Position numbers and translations under genes: made by a program. Below are positions 35,586-43,535 of a DNA stretch of 64,000 bases, in pieces (position 1 is the first letter of the stretch; every line of letters starts with the position of its first letter). The stretch lies in the IMG/VR virus record IMGVR_UViG_3300029258_004006. One strand, 5' to 3'. Below the pieces are notes generated by a model. The model had not been told where the DNA came from. It saw only the letters and a list, made by a program, of their open reading frames with translations, and did no database searches. Source of the stretch: a virus.

Positions 35586-37378
35586 TTTTGTTGTTCCTTT
35601 ATTCGTTGTTTTTCTGCTTGTTTTAACCAAATTTTCTTGGCTTTTTGCTGCAGAGTCTTCTGTACCTTGGCATTCCCTTTTCCTCTACCGGTTCGTCCCC
35701 TCTTTTTCTCCACTTCTCTTTTAGAGAATTTGTGTTTAGTGGATAATTTACCAGTTGCAGTGGCCCGCAAATCCTGGATGTATGCCAAATAGCCCTTGTT
35801 ATTTTTAACCTCTTTCCACCAATTTTGGACTAACGGAGGAAACTGACCTAAAACTGCCGGGTCATCCATATTCATATAGAGAGGCATCAATTCTAAATTA
35901 CTTCCCTCCCTAACCCCCGTCATCACTGGGTCTCCATCTTCATCCATTAAGTCCCGATCTTCACTAAACACGATATCAGGTTTTAAACTAGACTTCTTTC
36001 GAGTTTCAGCGTAATACAAACTACGAAATTCCTGAAAACCCGCATCCACCCCATATTCGATGGTGTGTTCTACATAAGCCACTAATTTGGCTGAACTAGT
36101 CCCGAAAGTCTTTTTGACCCATTGATAATAATCTTCATAATCACTTTTTTTGGCCGTCTCATGAAGTAAGTTAGTGAAATTATTTAATGCCCAGATGTTA
36201 TGAATAGCTAAATACGGACCAATTTTAGTATTCTCGCTCCAGAAGGGGTCCATAAATCCAAGAGAGGAACAAACAGGACAAGCACATGTGGTTGGCAACC
36301 GACCCATGTGAGCAAAATCATTCAGCGGAACTCCGTGGTTGTTTTTCTTGGTTTTTCCGTCTAGATGAAATTCAGTTCCAATCCGATCCGTTGAAATATA
36401 TCCAGAGGGGTGTTGGATGAGTATTTTACGGTGACCTACCCCTAGAAACTGACTGCTGGAATCGCAAGTAACCCGAATTTCCATTCGTTTAGCGAACCAC
36501 GCCATAGCAGGCATAATCTTGATTCCCGATACTCCCAGGACATGGACCCATTTGGCCTCTCTTTCTGTTGCTACCAAAAGGGCTCCTCTTAGGGCGGAAG
36601 CAAAATCTTGAGAATCCCCAGAACCTGCACTAGCCCACCCAAAGAATTGTGGGCGATCAACCACATCAATCCATCGCCTTTGATCATCTGGGGTACAACT
36701 ATGCACGATGTTAAAGACCTTTAGATCAGGTCTCATGTTAGCAGTGTAACAATCAGCGAATTGCGATTGTAAATGAGAGAGGGTAGAAAAAATATCTTTT
36801 TGTCCAAAATCAGTTCCCTCTCGGGGAGGCGCGTCCAAAATCAAAGCATAGTCAGAGGTTTGGTTTTGCCATTCAATAACTGCCTTCGGATCAAGATAAT
36901 CAACTGTTCTAACTCGAAGTTGATACCCTCCGGAATCCGTCATATGCACCAGGCCTGATGTCTTAGCCCAGTTGGTTCTCTGGTTTTTTCTAATTCCATA
37001 TGCAGCAGAACTAAGAATGATCCCGACTTGCCTGTTAATAGATCCTTCTTCACAGAAAGGGTCTAATTCATGAACTACGTCAAAATCCCGTGGGTCAAAC
37101 GGAGCCATGGAAGGGTAAGAAACAGAACTCCGACCAAAATTGTTTAAGAACACGGTGCGATCGGGAAGATCGTATATTTGAATTTGGTTGTTTAGTTTAT
37201 GATAACCCACTCCGAACCGAGAAACATGATCTATTTGTTTCTTAAACCGTACTCCAATAGACGGGTGAAAGGAAACTTCCGCTCCAGCCATGATCCAAGT
37301 AAGTCCACCCGGATCGGCGTCAGTGCCAAAAGTCCCTAGGATTTCGTCTCGTCGAGAAGTCAAAATTACTGCCTGCAT
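35510..37378 (-). CDS. dpdA: TGT-family transglycosylase, DpdA-like (7-deazaguanine DNA insertion)
   Basis: MTDSGGYQ (compare TGT DSGGFQ) and ILDAPP. Zinc site CACPVC plus His in AIHNIW about 25 aa later. About 150 aa of Lys-rich C-terminal extension. Phage context with queC and queF. Confidence 0.8.
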   Translation of the reverse strand: MQAVILTSRRDEILGTFGTDADPGGLTWIMAGAEVSFHPSIGVRFKKQIDHVSRFGVGYHKLNNQIQIYDLPDRTVFLNNFGRSSVSYPSMAPFDPRDFDVVHELDPFCEEGSINRQVGIILSSAAYGIRKNQRTNWAKTSGLVHMTDSGGYQLRVRTVDYLDPKAVIEWQNQTSDYALILDAPPREGTDFGQKDIFSTLSHLQSQFADCYTANMRPDLKVFNIVHSCTPDDQRRWIDVVDRPQFFGWASAGSGDSQDFASALRGALLVATEREAKWVHVLGVSGIKIMPAMAWFAKRMEIRVTCDSSSQFLGVGHRKILIQHPSGYISTDRIGTEFHLDGKTKKNNHGVPLNDFAHMGRLPTTCACPVCSSLGFMDPFWSENTKIGPYLAIHNIWALNNFTNLLHETAKKSDYEDYYQWVKKTFGTSSAKLVAYVEHTIEYGVDAGFQEFRSLYYAETRKKSSLKPDIVFSEDRDLMDEDGDPVMTGVREGSNLELMPLYMNMDDPAVLGQFPPLVQNWWKEVKNNKGYLAYIQDLRATATGKLSTKHKFSKREVEKKRGRTGRGKGNAKVQKTLQQKAKKIWLKQAEKQRIKEQQKCMKKPALTEPVRAVPPLKVKSPEI

Positions 37379-37389
37379 TGGTTCTTGCT

Positions 37390-38001
37390 TCAGCGACCAG
37401 AGTTAACCAGATCAATTCTAGATGATCCGGCCAGAGCACCGGTCTCCACAAGCGTAAATTCCCGAGCGGCCCTCGGTATACAAAGATTGTGTGCCGCATT
37501 ACCATCGCGATCCAAGACCGCGTGGCAATTGGGGCACGTCCATTTCCTCATACATAACGATAAAGAATCAACTTTAAACCCACAGTGATGACAAATCTTA
37601 CTGGAGGGGTAAAACCGATCCCGAACTACGAGAGATGATCCAGAGGCTTCGCATTTGTAAATTAATTGCCTGCGGAATTCACTCCAAGAGGCATCACTGA
37701 TATGGCGGGCTAGAGCGTGGTTTTTGATCATGCCGGCCACGTTTAGGTCCTCGATGCAAATCTCTTGGAACATGTTGGACAACTGAGTAATCAGTTTGTG
37801 CAGGAAGTCTTGGCGGTGATTGGTGATTCGCCAGTGATGACGAGCCAGTGTCGCTGCTGATTTCCTTCTGTTGTTAGAACCTTTTTGTTTACGGCTATGA
37901 CGGCGAGACAACTTACGAAGTTTAGTCAAACCCTTGCCTAAAGCTTTGATGGGTTTCTTCTTGATGAACCTCCGAAAAGATGGGGTCGGAAAGTCTCTCG
38001 T
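37390..38001 (-). pseudogene. tnpB: 5'-truncated tnpB remnant (IS200/IS605-type RNA-guided nuclease)
   Basis: Frame is open 38001-37393. Motifs present: KLRKLSRRHSRKQKGSNNRRK, RuvC-II ICIEDLNVAGM, zinc ribbon CHHCG...CPNC, and RuvC-III DRDGNAAHNL. The N-terminal half, including the RuvC-I Asp, is missing. Only a TTG start is available, and there is no room for a right end or omega RNA. Confidence 0.7.
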
Positions 38002-38040
38002 TTACATTTGAACCCTCCTCGGCTAATTCTGGCACCCCAT

Positions 38041-39303
38041 TTACGCAACCACGCCTTGGCACATTACTGATTTGATTGGATTCCAGTCAGCCCCAACATC
38101 CGTCAGGTAGTACACTCCCGCTCCTTCAATCTTTGTTGTACATTCATACAAATTTTTAACGGATTCAGGGATGTCCTGACCAAAAGCTGTTACAAGGCAA
38201 ATATCTTCGGAGGCTTCGGATGCCAAGAAATGGCCGTTTTTTGTTATCCCGGCGGTATTGGAAATTGCCCATTTATTTGTATCTTGGGGTGGAGTGCTCA
38301 CTAAATATTGTAAGGCTGGGATACCATTTTTGATCAAAACCGAAGCAAAATACTTCGAGCGAACCGGGAATTCCTTCATGCCCTCCCATAACCCAAAGAG
38401 CAATTCAGTATAACTAAAAGCGCAAGCCGCCACCTGGGCTTCAGTAGGATGTGGCATACGGGTAGTGTATTCTAAGAAATACATTTCCCCATCCGGAGTA
38501 ACCATACAGTTGATATCGAAAAACCCTACGTGTCCTCTTATTTTGACCTCATGTGCTCGCATGAGATCGCCAATCGGAAAGGACAGTTGATCCAATTCCG
38601 TCCAGGTCATAAATTGACCACAAGATCCTGATTCCCCAGTCATCTCAGTGGACCTGATCTGTTTAGGGTACCGTCGCTTGTATTCTTGAATCATGGTAAA
38701 AGGTTGTAGGAATTTGCCCTCTGCCCCCATGAACCCACCGAATCCAACTTCTTCACCTTCTATAAACTCTTGGTATACGGCACCCTGAAAATTAGTGGTC
38801 TTCAAAAACAAATCGCGTTTGTACAGCACCATTGTTCGGATAGAATTGCCCGGAAATCGTTGCTTAACCACATACTGATTTTCATCGAACTTAACCACTA
38901 CTTTATCACCAGGAAACATTTGTGCTTTATCTGGATCAGTAGTCGTCCGAGGAATTTTTATCCAGGGAGCCAACTTTTTGATAAACATAGCAGCAAACCC
39001 ACGATCTAGTTCTAGTCTAGCACCAAGATCAACTGCTCGAATTTGCTGAGCTTCCCCCAGATTTGAAAAATGGTCTACGTAAAAAATCAAATCCGAAGGT
39101 CGGGAAATCTCTTTTACGCCCTCCCCCAACTGCCGCCAAGTCGAATACCACCGGATAGACATTCCAGGAGGTAAAACTTTTTCTTCGTCTGGGGGTTCGG
39201 GGGCCACTACATGAAAAAACACCTCCACCGTGTCTTTAATCAAAGCAATAGCCAAAGCAAAGGGACACCAGTCCCCCACGAAATGAACTCTCCGAGTAGT
39301 CAT
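38041..39303 (-). CDS. PurD-like ATP-grasp amide ligase (divergent)
   Basis: By-eye alignment to E. coli PurD from memory. LELDRGFAAMFI~LEGSKAFTKDFL. QEFIEGEEVGF~EEFLDGEEASF. IQEYKR~SQDHKR. GFFDINCMVTPDGEMYFLEYTTRMPHPTEAQ~[30 protein letters not shown]. The N-terminal GNGGREHA is replaced by GDWCPFA. Confidence 0.7.
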   Translation of the reverse strand: MTTRRVHFVGDWCPFALAIALIKDTVEVFFHVVAPEPPDEEKVLPPGMSIRWYSTWRQLGEGVKEISRPSDLIFYVDHFSNLGEAQQIRAVDLGARLELDRGFAAMFIKKLAPWIKIPRTTTDPDKAQMFPGDKVVVKFDENQYVVKQRFPGNSIRTMVLYKRDLFLKTTNFQGAVYQEFIEGEEVGFGGFMGAEGKFLQPFTMIQEYKRRYPKQIRSTEMTGESGSCGQFMTWTELDQLSFPIGDLMRAHEVKIRGHVGFFDINCMVTPDGEMYFLEYTTRMPHPTEAQVAACAFSYTELLFGLWEGMKEFPVRSKYFASVLIKNGIPALQYLVSTPPQDTNKWAISNTAGITKNGHFLASEASEDICLVTAFGQDIPESVKNLYECTTKIEGAGVYYLTDVGADWNPIKSVMCQGVVA

Positions 39304-40034
39304 ACCAATTCCTTTGGTTTAACATCATACTCAGTTGAATCCTGGCCTTCAGCAGTCATAAAAGCCCAGTGCCTACCTCGACAAGCAAAACAACCACCAC
39401 AATGATCTGATTTGCTATTTTGAAAACAAGACACCGTCGTTTCCAATGGAGCCCCCAATGCTCTACCCAAACGAACAACTGCGGCTTTGTCTAGCCCAGC
39501 TAACGCATCGATCATTCCAAAATGGACTGCTGTTCCAGGGTGATTTTCGTGATAAGGTGTAAAATCGTTGTACAAAGAGCCGATTTCTCCACGGAATTCA
39601 CTAGAATCCATAGTATCAAACACACCCCCAAGAAATTCATTCGTAAAATCTTTAGTGGCCGGGTCATTCATTCCAGAACCCCCAGTATCAGCATCCATCT
39701 CGCCAGTGTATACTTTTTCCACACCTATCTTTTCAGCCATCGCCAAAGCAAGGGAGTATTGAAATAACTTGAACCCAGGAATGTAATTACTTCCTGGAAT
39801 TTGCAACTTGTCCAAAACATCCCGCATATCCACACGAGTCAATTTAAGACCAAGAAGACATGCAATTCTATTCTGCGATTCAACGACCTTTTCTTGTCCC
39901 CATAAATTCAGCGATAACAATAGGGGGTAGGCCCCGGCTTTCTGGAGCATAGCAGCTACCACAGTGGAATCCAAACCGCCGCTAAAAAGTACCAGAGATT
40001 TGTAAACTTGCGTATGTGTATGCGTGTGGGTCAA
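39300..40034 (-). CDS. divergent QueC-like PP-loop ATPase (second paralogue)
   Basis: PP-loop LVLFSGGLDSTV and C-terminal Cys cluster HCGGCFACRGR, as in QueC. The core QueC motifs YGQ(K/R)H, VPNRN and YPDCR are degenerate. TTG start overlaps the upstream TGA (TTGA). Confidence 0.65.
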   Translation of the reverse strand: MTHTHTHTQVYKSLVLFSGGLDSTVVAAMLQKAGAYPLLLSLNLWGQEKVVESQNRIACLLGLKLTRVDMRDVLDKLQIPGSNYIPGFKLFQYSLALAMAEKIGVEKVYTGEMDADTGGSGMNDPATKDFTNEFLGGVFDTMDSSEFRGEIGSLYNDFTPYHENHPGTAVHFGMIDALAGLDKAAVVRLGRALGAPLETTVSCFQNSKSDHCGGCFACRGRHWAFMTAEGQDSTEYDVKPKELV

Positions 40035-40750
40035 ACGAGAGCCTCCGGAGTATCTTTACTCTTCTTAACCATAGCGATGAAATGCAAACAGCATTCTATT
40101 TGATTACGGGGAAACCCCAAGTGTTCAACACAATACCGAATTACTTGATCGGAATCTAAAGATTTAGTGTGCGTCCCAGCGCGACCCATGATGGTAAGTT
40201 TACCTCCACGAGTACCAGCCACCAACTGCTCCATGGATTCCTTCACAAGTCTCCTGGTGAAAATAAACCGGGAAGTGATGTGTTCTTGGGTTAGACAATA
40301 GGCCAGTTGTTTTCCATACACTTCAGCATCAAAAGAATCGGCGTGAAATTTGTACAGGGTTTGGGGTGTAGTCGCAACACCCTGACGAATAACAGCACCA
40401 TTGCATAGGGAAGCCCTCCCCGGAATAGAATAATCTTGTTCGACGCCCCAAAGATCAAAAGCAAGGAACATAAAAGAGGGGTCGATAATCCAGCGGTGGT
40501 CCACCAGCAAAATTGAGTGGGTCAATTGCCCCTTCACTTCCACAACTACTAGTTGGCCTTGTCCCAACAGTTGTTGTGCCTGTCGGGCTAAGTGAAAGCA
40601 GTTTCCTGATTTGGCCCCGTAGGCCAAATCTTTTTGAGGATAATCCGGGGTGCCTCTTCCCTTGGCAAGAGCCGTGATCTTAGAGATGGTCTCAAATAAC
40701 CAGGTTTGAGGATTCAGTTTTTCTACGGCCTGTTGCAAAAAAGAAGTCAT
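40031..40750 (-). CDS. hypothetical protein with possible Cys-His-Asp (transglutaminase/papain-like) arrangement
   Basis: SGNCFHLA, then THSILLVDHRWIIDPS. Weak by-eye hint only. Confidence 0.55.
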   Translation of the reverse strand: MTSFLQQAVEKLNPQTWLFETISKITALAKGRGTPDYPQKDLAYGAKSGNCFHLARQAQQLLGQGQLVVVEVKGQLTHSILLVDHRWIIDPSFMFLAFDLWGVEQDYSIPGRASLCNGAVIRQGVATTPQTLYKFHADSFDAEVYGKQLAYCLTQEHITSRFIFTRRLVKESMEQLVAGTRGGKLTIMGRAGTHTKSLDSDQVIRYCVEHLGFPRNQIECCLHFIAMVKKSKDTPEALV

Positions 40751-40754
40751 GGTA

Positions 40755-41216
40755 TCACCTCAAATGAGGTTCGAGGGTGGGGAAAGTACCAAATCTATCT
40801 GATGCCCATTGTGCCCACTCCTCACTGTGTCTCTGTGCGAATGGTTGGATGGCTATGCCCCCACGAGAATTAAAACACCCAATTACTTCAACATACTTGG
40901 GGGTCAACAAACTCATCAAATCTTCGACTATGACGTTGACAACTGCTTCGTGGAAAGCTCCATGATTTCTAAAACTGCCCAGGTAAAGCTTCAGAGCTTT
41001 GCTCTCGACTAAACGCTCCTGAGGAACATAATTGATGTAGATCGTACCCCAATCAGGTTGACTGGTGACGGGACAAATACTGGAGAATTCTGAACAGATC
41101 AAGCGAATCCAAAATACCGACTCCCGTGATGGGCTGGGTACATGTTCTAGAAGTTCAGGATTGTACTGTTGAGTCTGGGAACCAAATCCGGAATTACCTG
41201 AGCCTAAATGATTCAT
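40755..41216 (-). CDS. queF: NADPH-dependent 7-cyano-7-deazaguanine (preQ0) reductase, unimodular type
   Basis: QueF motif ESKALKLYL and catalytic Cys context SSICPVTSQPDW. 153 aa. Confidence 0.85.
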   Translation of the reverse strand: MNHLGSGNSGFGSQTQQYNPELLEHVPSPSRESVFWIRLICSEFSSICPVTSQPDWGTIYINYVPQERLVESKALKLYLGSFRNHGAFHEAVVNVIVEDLMSLLTPKYVEVIGCFNSRGGIAIQPFAQRHSEEWAQWASDRFGTFPTLEPHLR

Positions 41217-41535
41217 TATCTTCTGCCAACCTTTCCACTAAACTAGCGACTCGTTTGCAAATCCATTGAATATCATGATCAGTTAACTGCGATGGATCAG
41301 CTCGACCCAGTAAAAGCAGTTTTTGAAGTCGCTGCCATATAGCTTTATGAACAGCGGACTCAACGTGTTCTGAAAGCAGACGGATACTACCGGCTTCCCC
41401 CGGAACCATGTCATTACAGGTGAATAGGCAGTCCTTGTACAGACACCCGTAGTATTCACCACGTGGATTCCATGCGAAATGATCCCGGTTACAAATTGGA
41501 CAACTAACAGCGGTCATTTCAGTCCTGATTGACAA
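41194..41535 (-). CDS. hypothetical Cys-rich (zinc-ribbon-like) protein
   Basis: SCPICNRDH...YGCLYKDCLFTC. Confidence 0.5.
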   Translation of the reverse strand: MSIRTEMTAVSCPICNRDHFAWNPRGEYYGCLYKDCLFTCNDMVPGEAGSIRLLSEHVESAVHKAIWQRLQKLLLLGRADPSQLTDHDIQWICKRVASLVERLAEDNESFRLR

Positions 41536-41568
41536 GAGGGATTGTTGTGATACATCAACTTCCTTTTA

Positions 41569-42357
41569 CTAACGATTAGGACACAAAATCAGACCACTGC
41601 GAATCTCCAGTTCTTCCAGCGTAACAGTGTAGTTCTGAAAGTTGGCCTTGCGAGGTGTATCCTGGGGCAAAAGATAAGCTGTCGGAGTTTCCCCTCTGAT
41701 CATCACGATTTTCCAAAAAGCGGAGGGAACACAGTGGGGTTCATCTGCTCCAGGTAATTGAGGCATGCTATCGTCTTCGAATAGTGGGCCGGTGAGAATC
41801 CAGGTTTCCCCATGTTCCCATGTCAGTTCTCGCACGTAGATTTCCAATCCTAGCCAAGTTCCCTGATTGAGACCAGGATACTGAGGTGCGATGTTGCTCA
41901 GATAGTTTACTTGAGAAGCATCTTTGGACCCCCGGAAAGAAGCCAATGGAGCTAGGTGACCCCGATCAAAATCACTGGCTCCCTTGTAGTCGGCTGGTTC
42001 CAAAGTTTCAGCCGGATCCAATAGAGGATCACTTCTCCACACCCGAGCTAAATCCAGTGTTCCTCTTGTTTTACTGGGGGTTAAGTGATAAGCCACCCAG
42101 TCTGCTAGCTTGGTTTCGATGTTAGCACTAAGGGCGTAAGATTCACGCACAACAATGACATTGGTTTCGGGGGTGCCGATTGGACAACCAAAAAGGAAAT
42201 GTTCACATCGAATCTGACCGGTGGGGAAGGGGATGGGAGCAACAGCCATTAAAGGCTTGGGGGTAGAAACGGTGAGCGTCAAGAATGCCCGGATGAGGAT
42301 GATGAGACAAATCGAGCACACAATCCACGTACAAGTCCGACGGGGTTTAGTCGACAT
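41569..42357 (-). CDS. DNA/RNA non-specific endonuclease (Serratia/NucA/EndoG family) with N-terminal membrane anchor or signal
   Basis: DRGHLAP...NIAPQYPGLNQGTW signature. N-terminus MSTKPRRTCTWIVCSICLIILIRAFLTLTV. Start moved to ATG 42357. Confidence 0.85.
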   Translation of the reverse strand: MSTKPRRTCTWIVCSICLIILIRAFLTLTVSTPKPLMAVAPIPFPTGQIRCEHFLFGCPIGTPETNVIVVRESYALSANIETKLADWVAYHLTPSKTRGTLDLARVWRSDPLLDPAETLEPADYKGASDFDRGHLAPLASFRGSKDASQVNYLSNIAPQYPGLNQGTWLGLEIYVRELTWEHGETWILTGPLFEDDSMPQLPGADEPHCVPSAFWKIVMIRGETPTAYLLPQDTPRKANFQNYTVTLEELEIRSGLILCPNR

Positions 42358-42886
42358 GAAGTTTCTCCCAACCGGTTTCTGGATAGTACACGCGATTGCC
42401 ATCAAAAATGTAAATTAGCATATAGTCGTCCCCCAAGTTGCTATTGGTGAAACATCTGTGTCCGCCTTCATAAATCAACAGGTAATTCCCACCGCCAATC
42501 CACATCCAGCTATCAGTCACGAAATTCCACAGATACAGTTCTTTGCTAAACCACGTGTAATAGCTGTATTTCTTGCATTTTTTATAACCCGGCGGTATTA
42601 CATATACTGAATCATCCCTGGTCACTTCTAAAACTGGAGTCGTTTCTATCTTTTGACACTTCCTCATTTTCAGACACTGTTTACAGGTAACGCGCTGCCA
42701 ATGGGGGCTGGTACGACTCTCACTTGCCCAAAACTCCAACCCACATACCGCAAAATCATACGAGCCATAATTAACTACCCTCCCGCCTTGATATCCTCGG
42801 TCTCTACGTTTCCGCTTATGTATAATCTTTCGCTTCTCTAAAGGCTGCGGGCTACTTACCGTCATCTCATTTCCTAACCGGGCCAT
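42347..42886 (-). CDS. hypothetical protein, translationally linked to the nuclease gene
   Basis: 179-aa ORF with a basic N-terminus. Overlaps the nuclease start by 11 nt. Confidence 0.55.
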   Translation of the reverse strand: MARLGNEMTVSSPQPLEKRKIIHKRKRRDRGYQGGRVVNYGSYDFAVCGLEFWASESRTSPHWQRVTCKQCLKMRKCQKIETTPVLEVTRDDSVYVIPPGYKKCKKYSYYTWFSKELYLWNFVTDSWMWIGGGNYLLIYEGGHRCFTNSNLGDDYMLIYIFDGNRVYYPETGWEKLHVD

Positions 42887-43535
42887 AGACGGTAGGATCG
42901 GTTACCTCGGCTAACCGAAATGCCTCTCGTCGTTCCACACAGGTTCCACATTTACCGCAATGAGTGACTTGTCCTTTGTAGCATGACCATGTCTCCCCGA
43001 AGGGCACGTGTAATTCATGACCGAGACGGCATATCCTGGTTTTATCATACCGAAGAAAGGGAGTCCAAATAGGTACCGGATAATAATGACACACATCAGC
43101 GATCTGAGACAAGGCTATCACAAAGGCTGGTCTACAGTCTGGGTAGATGGAGTGATCCCCAGCGTGAGCAGCATAAGCCACGGCGTCATATTTCTCATTG
43201 ATGCAACACCCAATAGCGATCGATAACATGATCATATTACGATTGGGAACTACCGTGGTCTGCATATTCTTGTCAGCATAATGCCCCTCCGGCACCACCG
43301 TTGCTGAATCCATCAAAGCGTTATCGCCCAAGAGTTGACCCACGGAACGTAAGTCTAAGATATGATGGGGACACTTATACTCGATTGCCAAAGCGGCTGC
43401 GGCTTCGATCTCCCGTCGTCCGTGTTTCTGACCGTAATTGAAGGTCAAACACTGACAAGTATGGCCTTGTGCCAATAAACTGGCCAGAAGTACAGTAGAA
43501 TCCATCCCACCGGATAGGGATACAATCACTTTCAC
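42867..43535 (-). CDS. queC: 7-cyano-7-deazaguanine synthase
   Basis: VIVSLSGGMDSTV, NYGQKHGRRE, VVPNRNMIM, HSIYPDCRPAF and SCYKGQVTHCGKCGTCVERREAF. GTG start 43535 overlaps the upstream TGA (GTGA). Confidence 0.85.
   Translation of the reverse strand: MKVIVSLSGGMDSTVLLASLLAQGHTCQCLTFNYGQKHGRREIEAAAALAIEYKCPHHILDLRSVGQLLGDNALMDSATVVPEGHYADKNMQTTVVPNRNMIMLSIAIGCCINEKYDAVAYAAHAGDHSIYPDCRPAFVIALSQIADVCHYYPVPIWTPFLRYDKTRICRLGHELHVPFGETWSCYKGQVTHCGKCGTCVERREAFRLAEVTDPTVYGPVRK

Noticed and set aside
38041-39303. Interpreting the PurD-like gene as an ordinary purine-biosynthesis auxiliary metabolic gene.
   Set aside because: Not fully excluded. It is disfavoured because the N-terminal substrate-region motif is replaced, no other pur genes are nearby, and the gene is embedded in the que/dpdA string. 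Complementation is needed to settle it.
40008-40034. Imperfect CA/TG dinucleotide repeat encoding THTHTHT at the start of the QueC paralogue, as a phase-variation tract.
   Set aside because: The repeat is short and imperfect (acccacacgcatacacatacg) and in frame. There is no evidence of slippage potential beyond chance.
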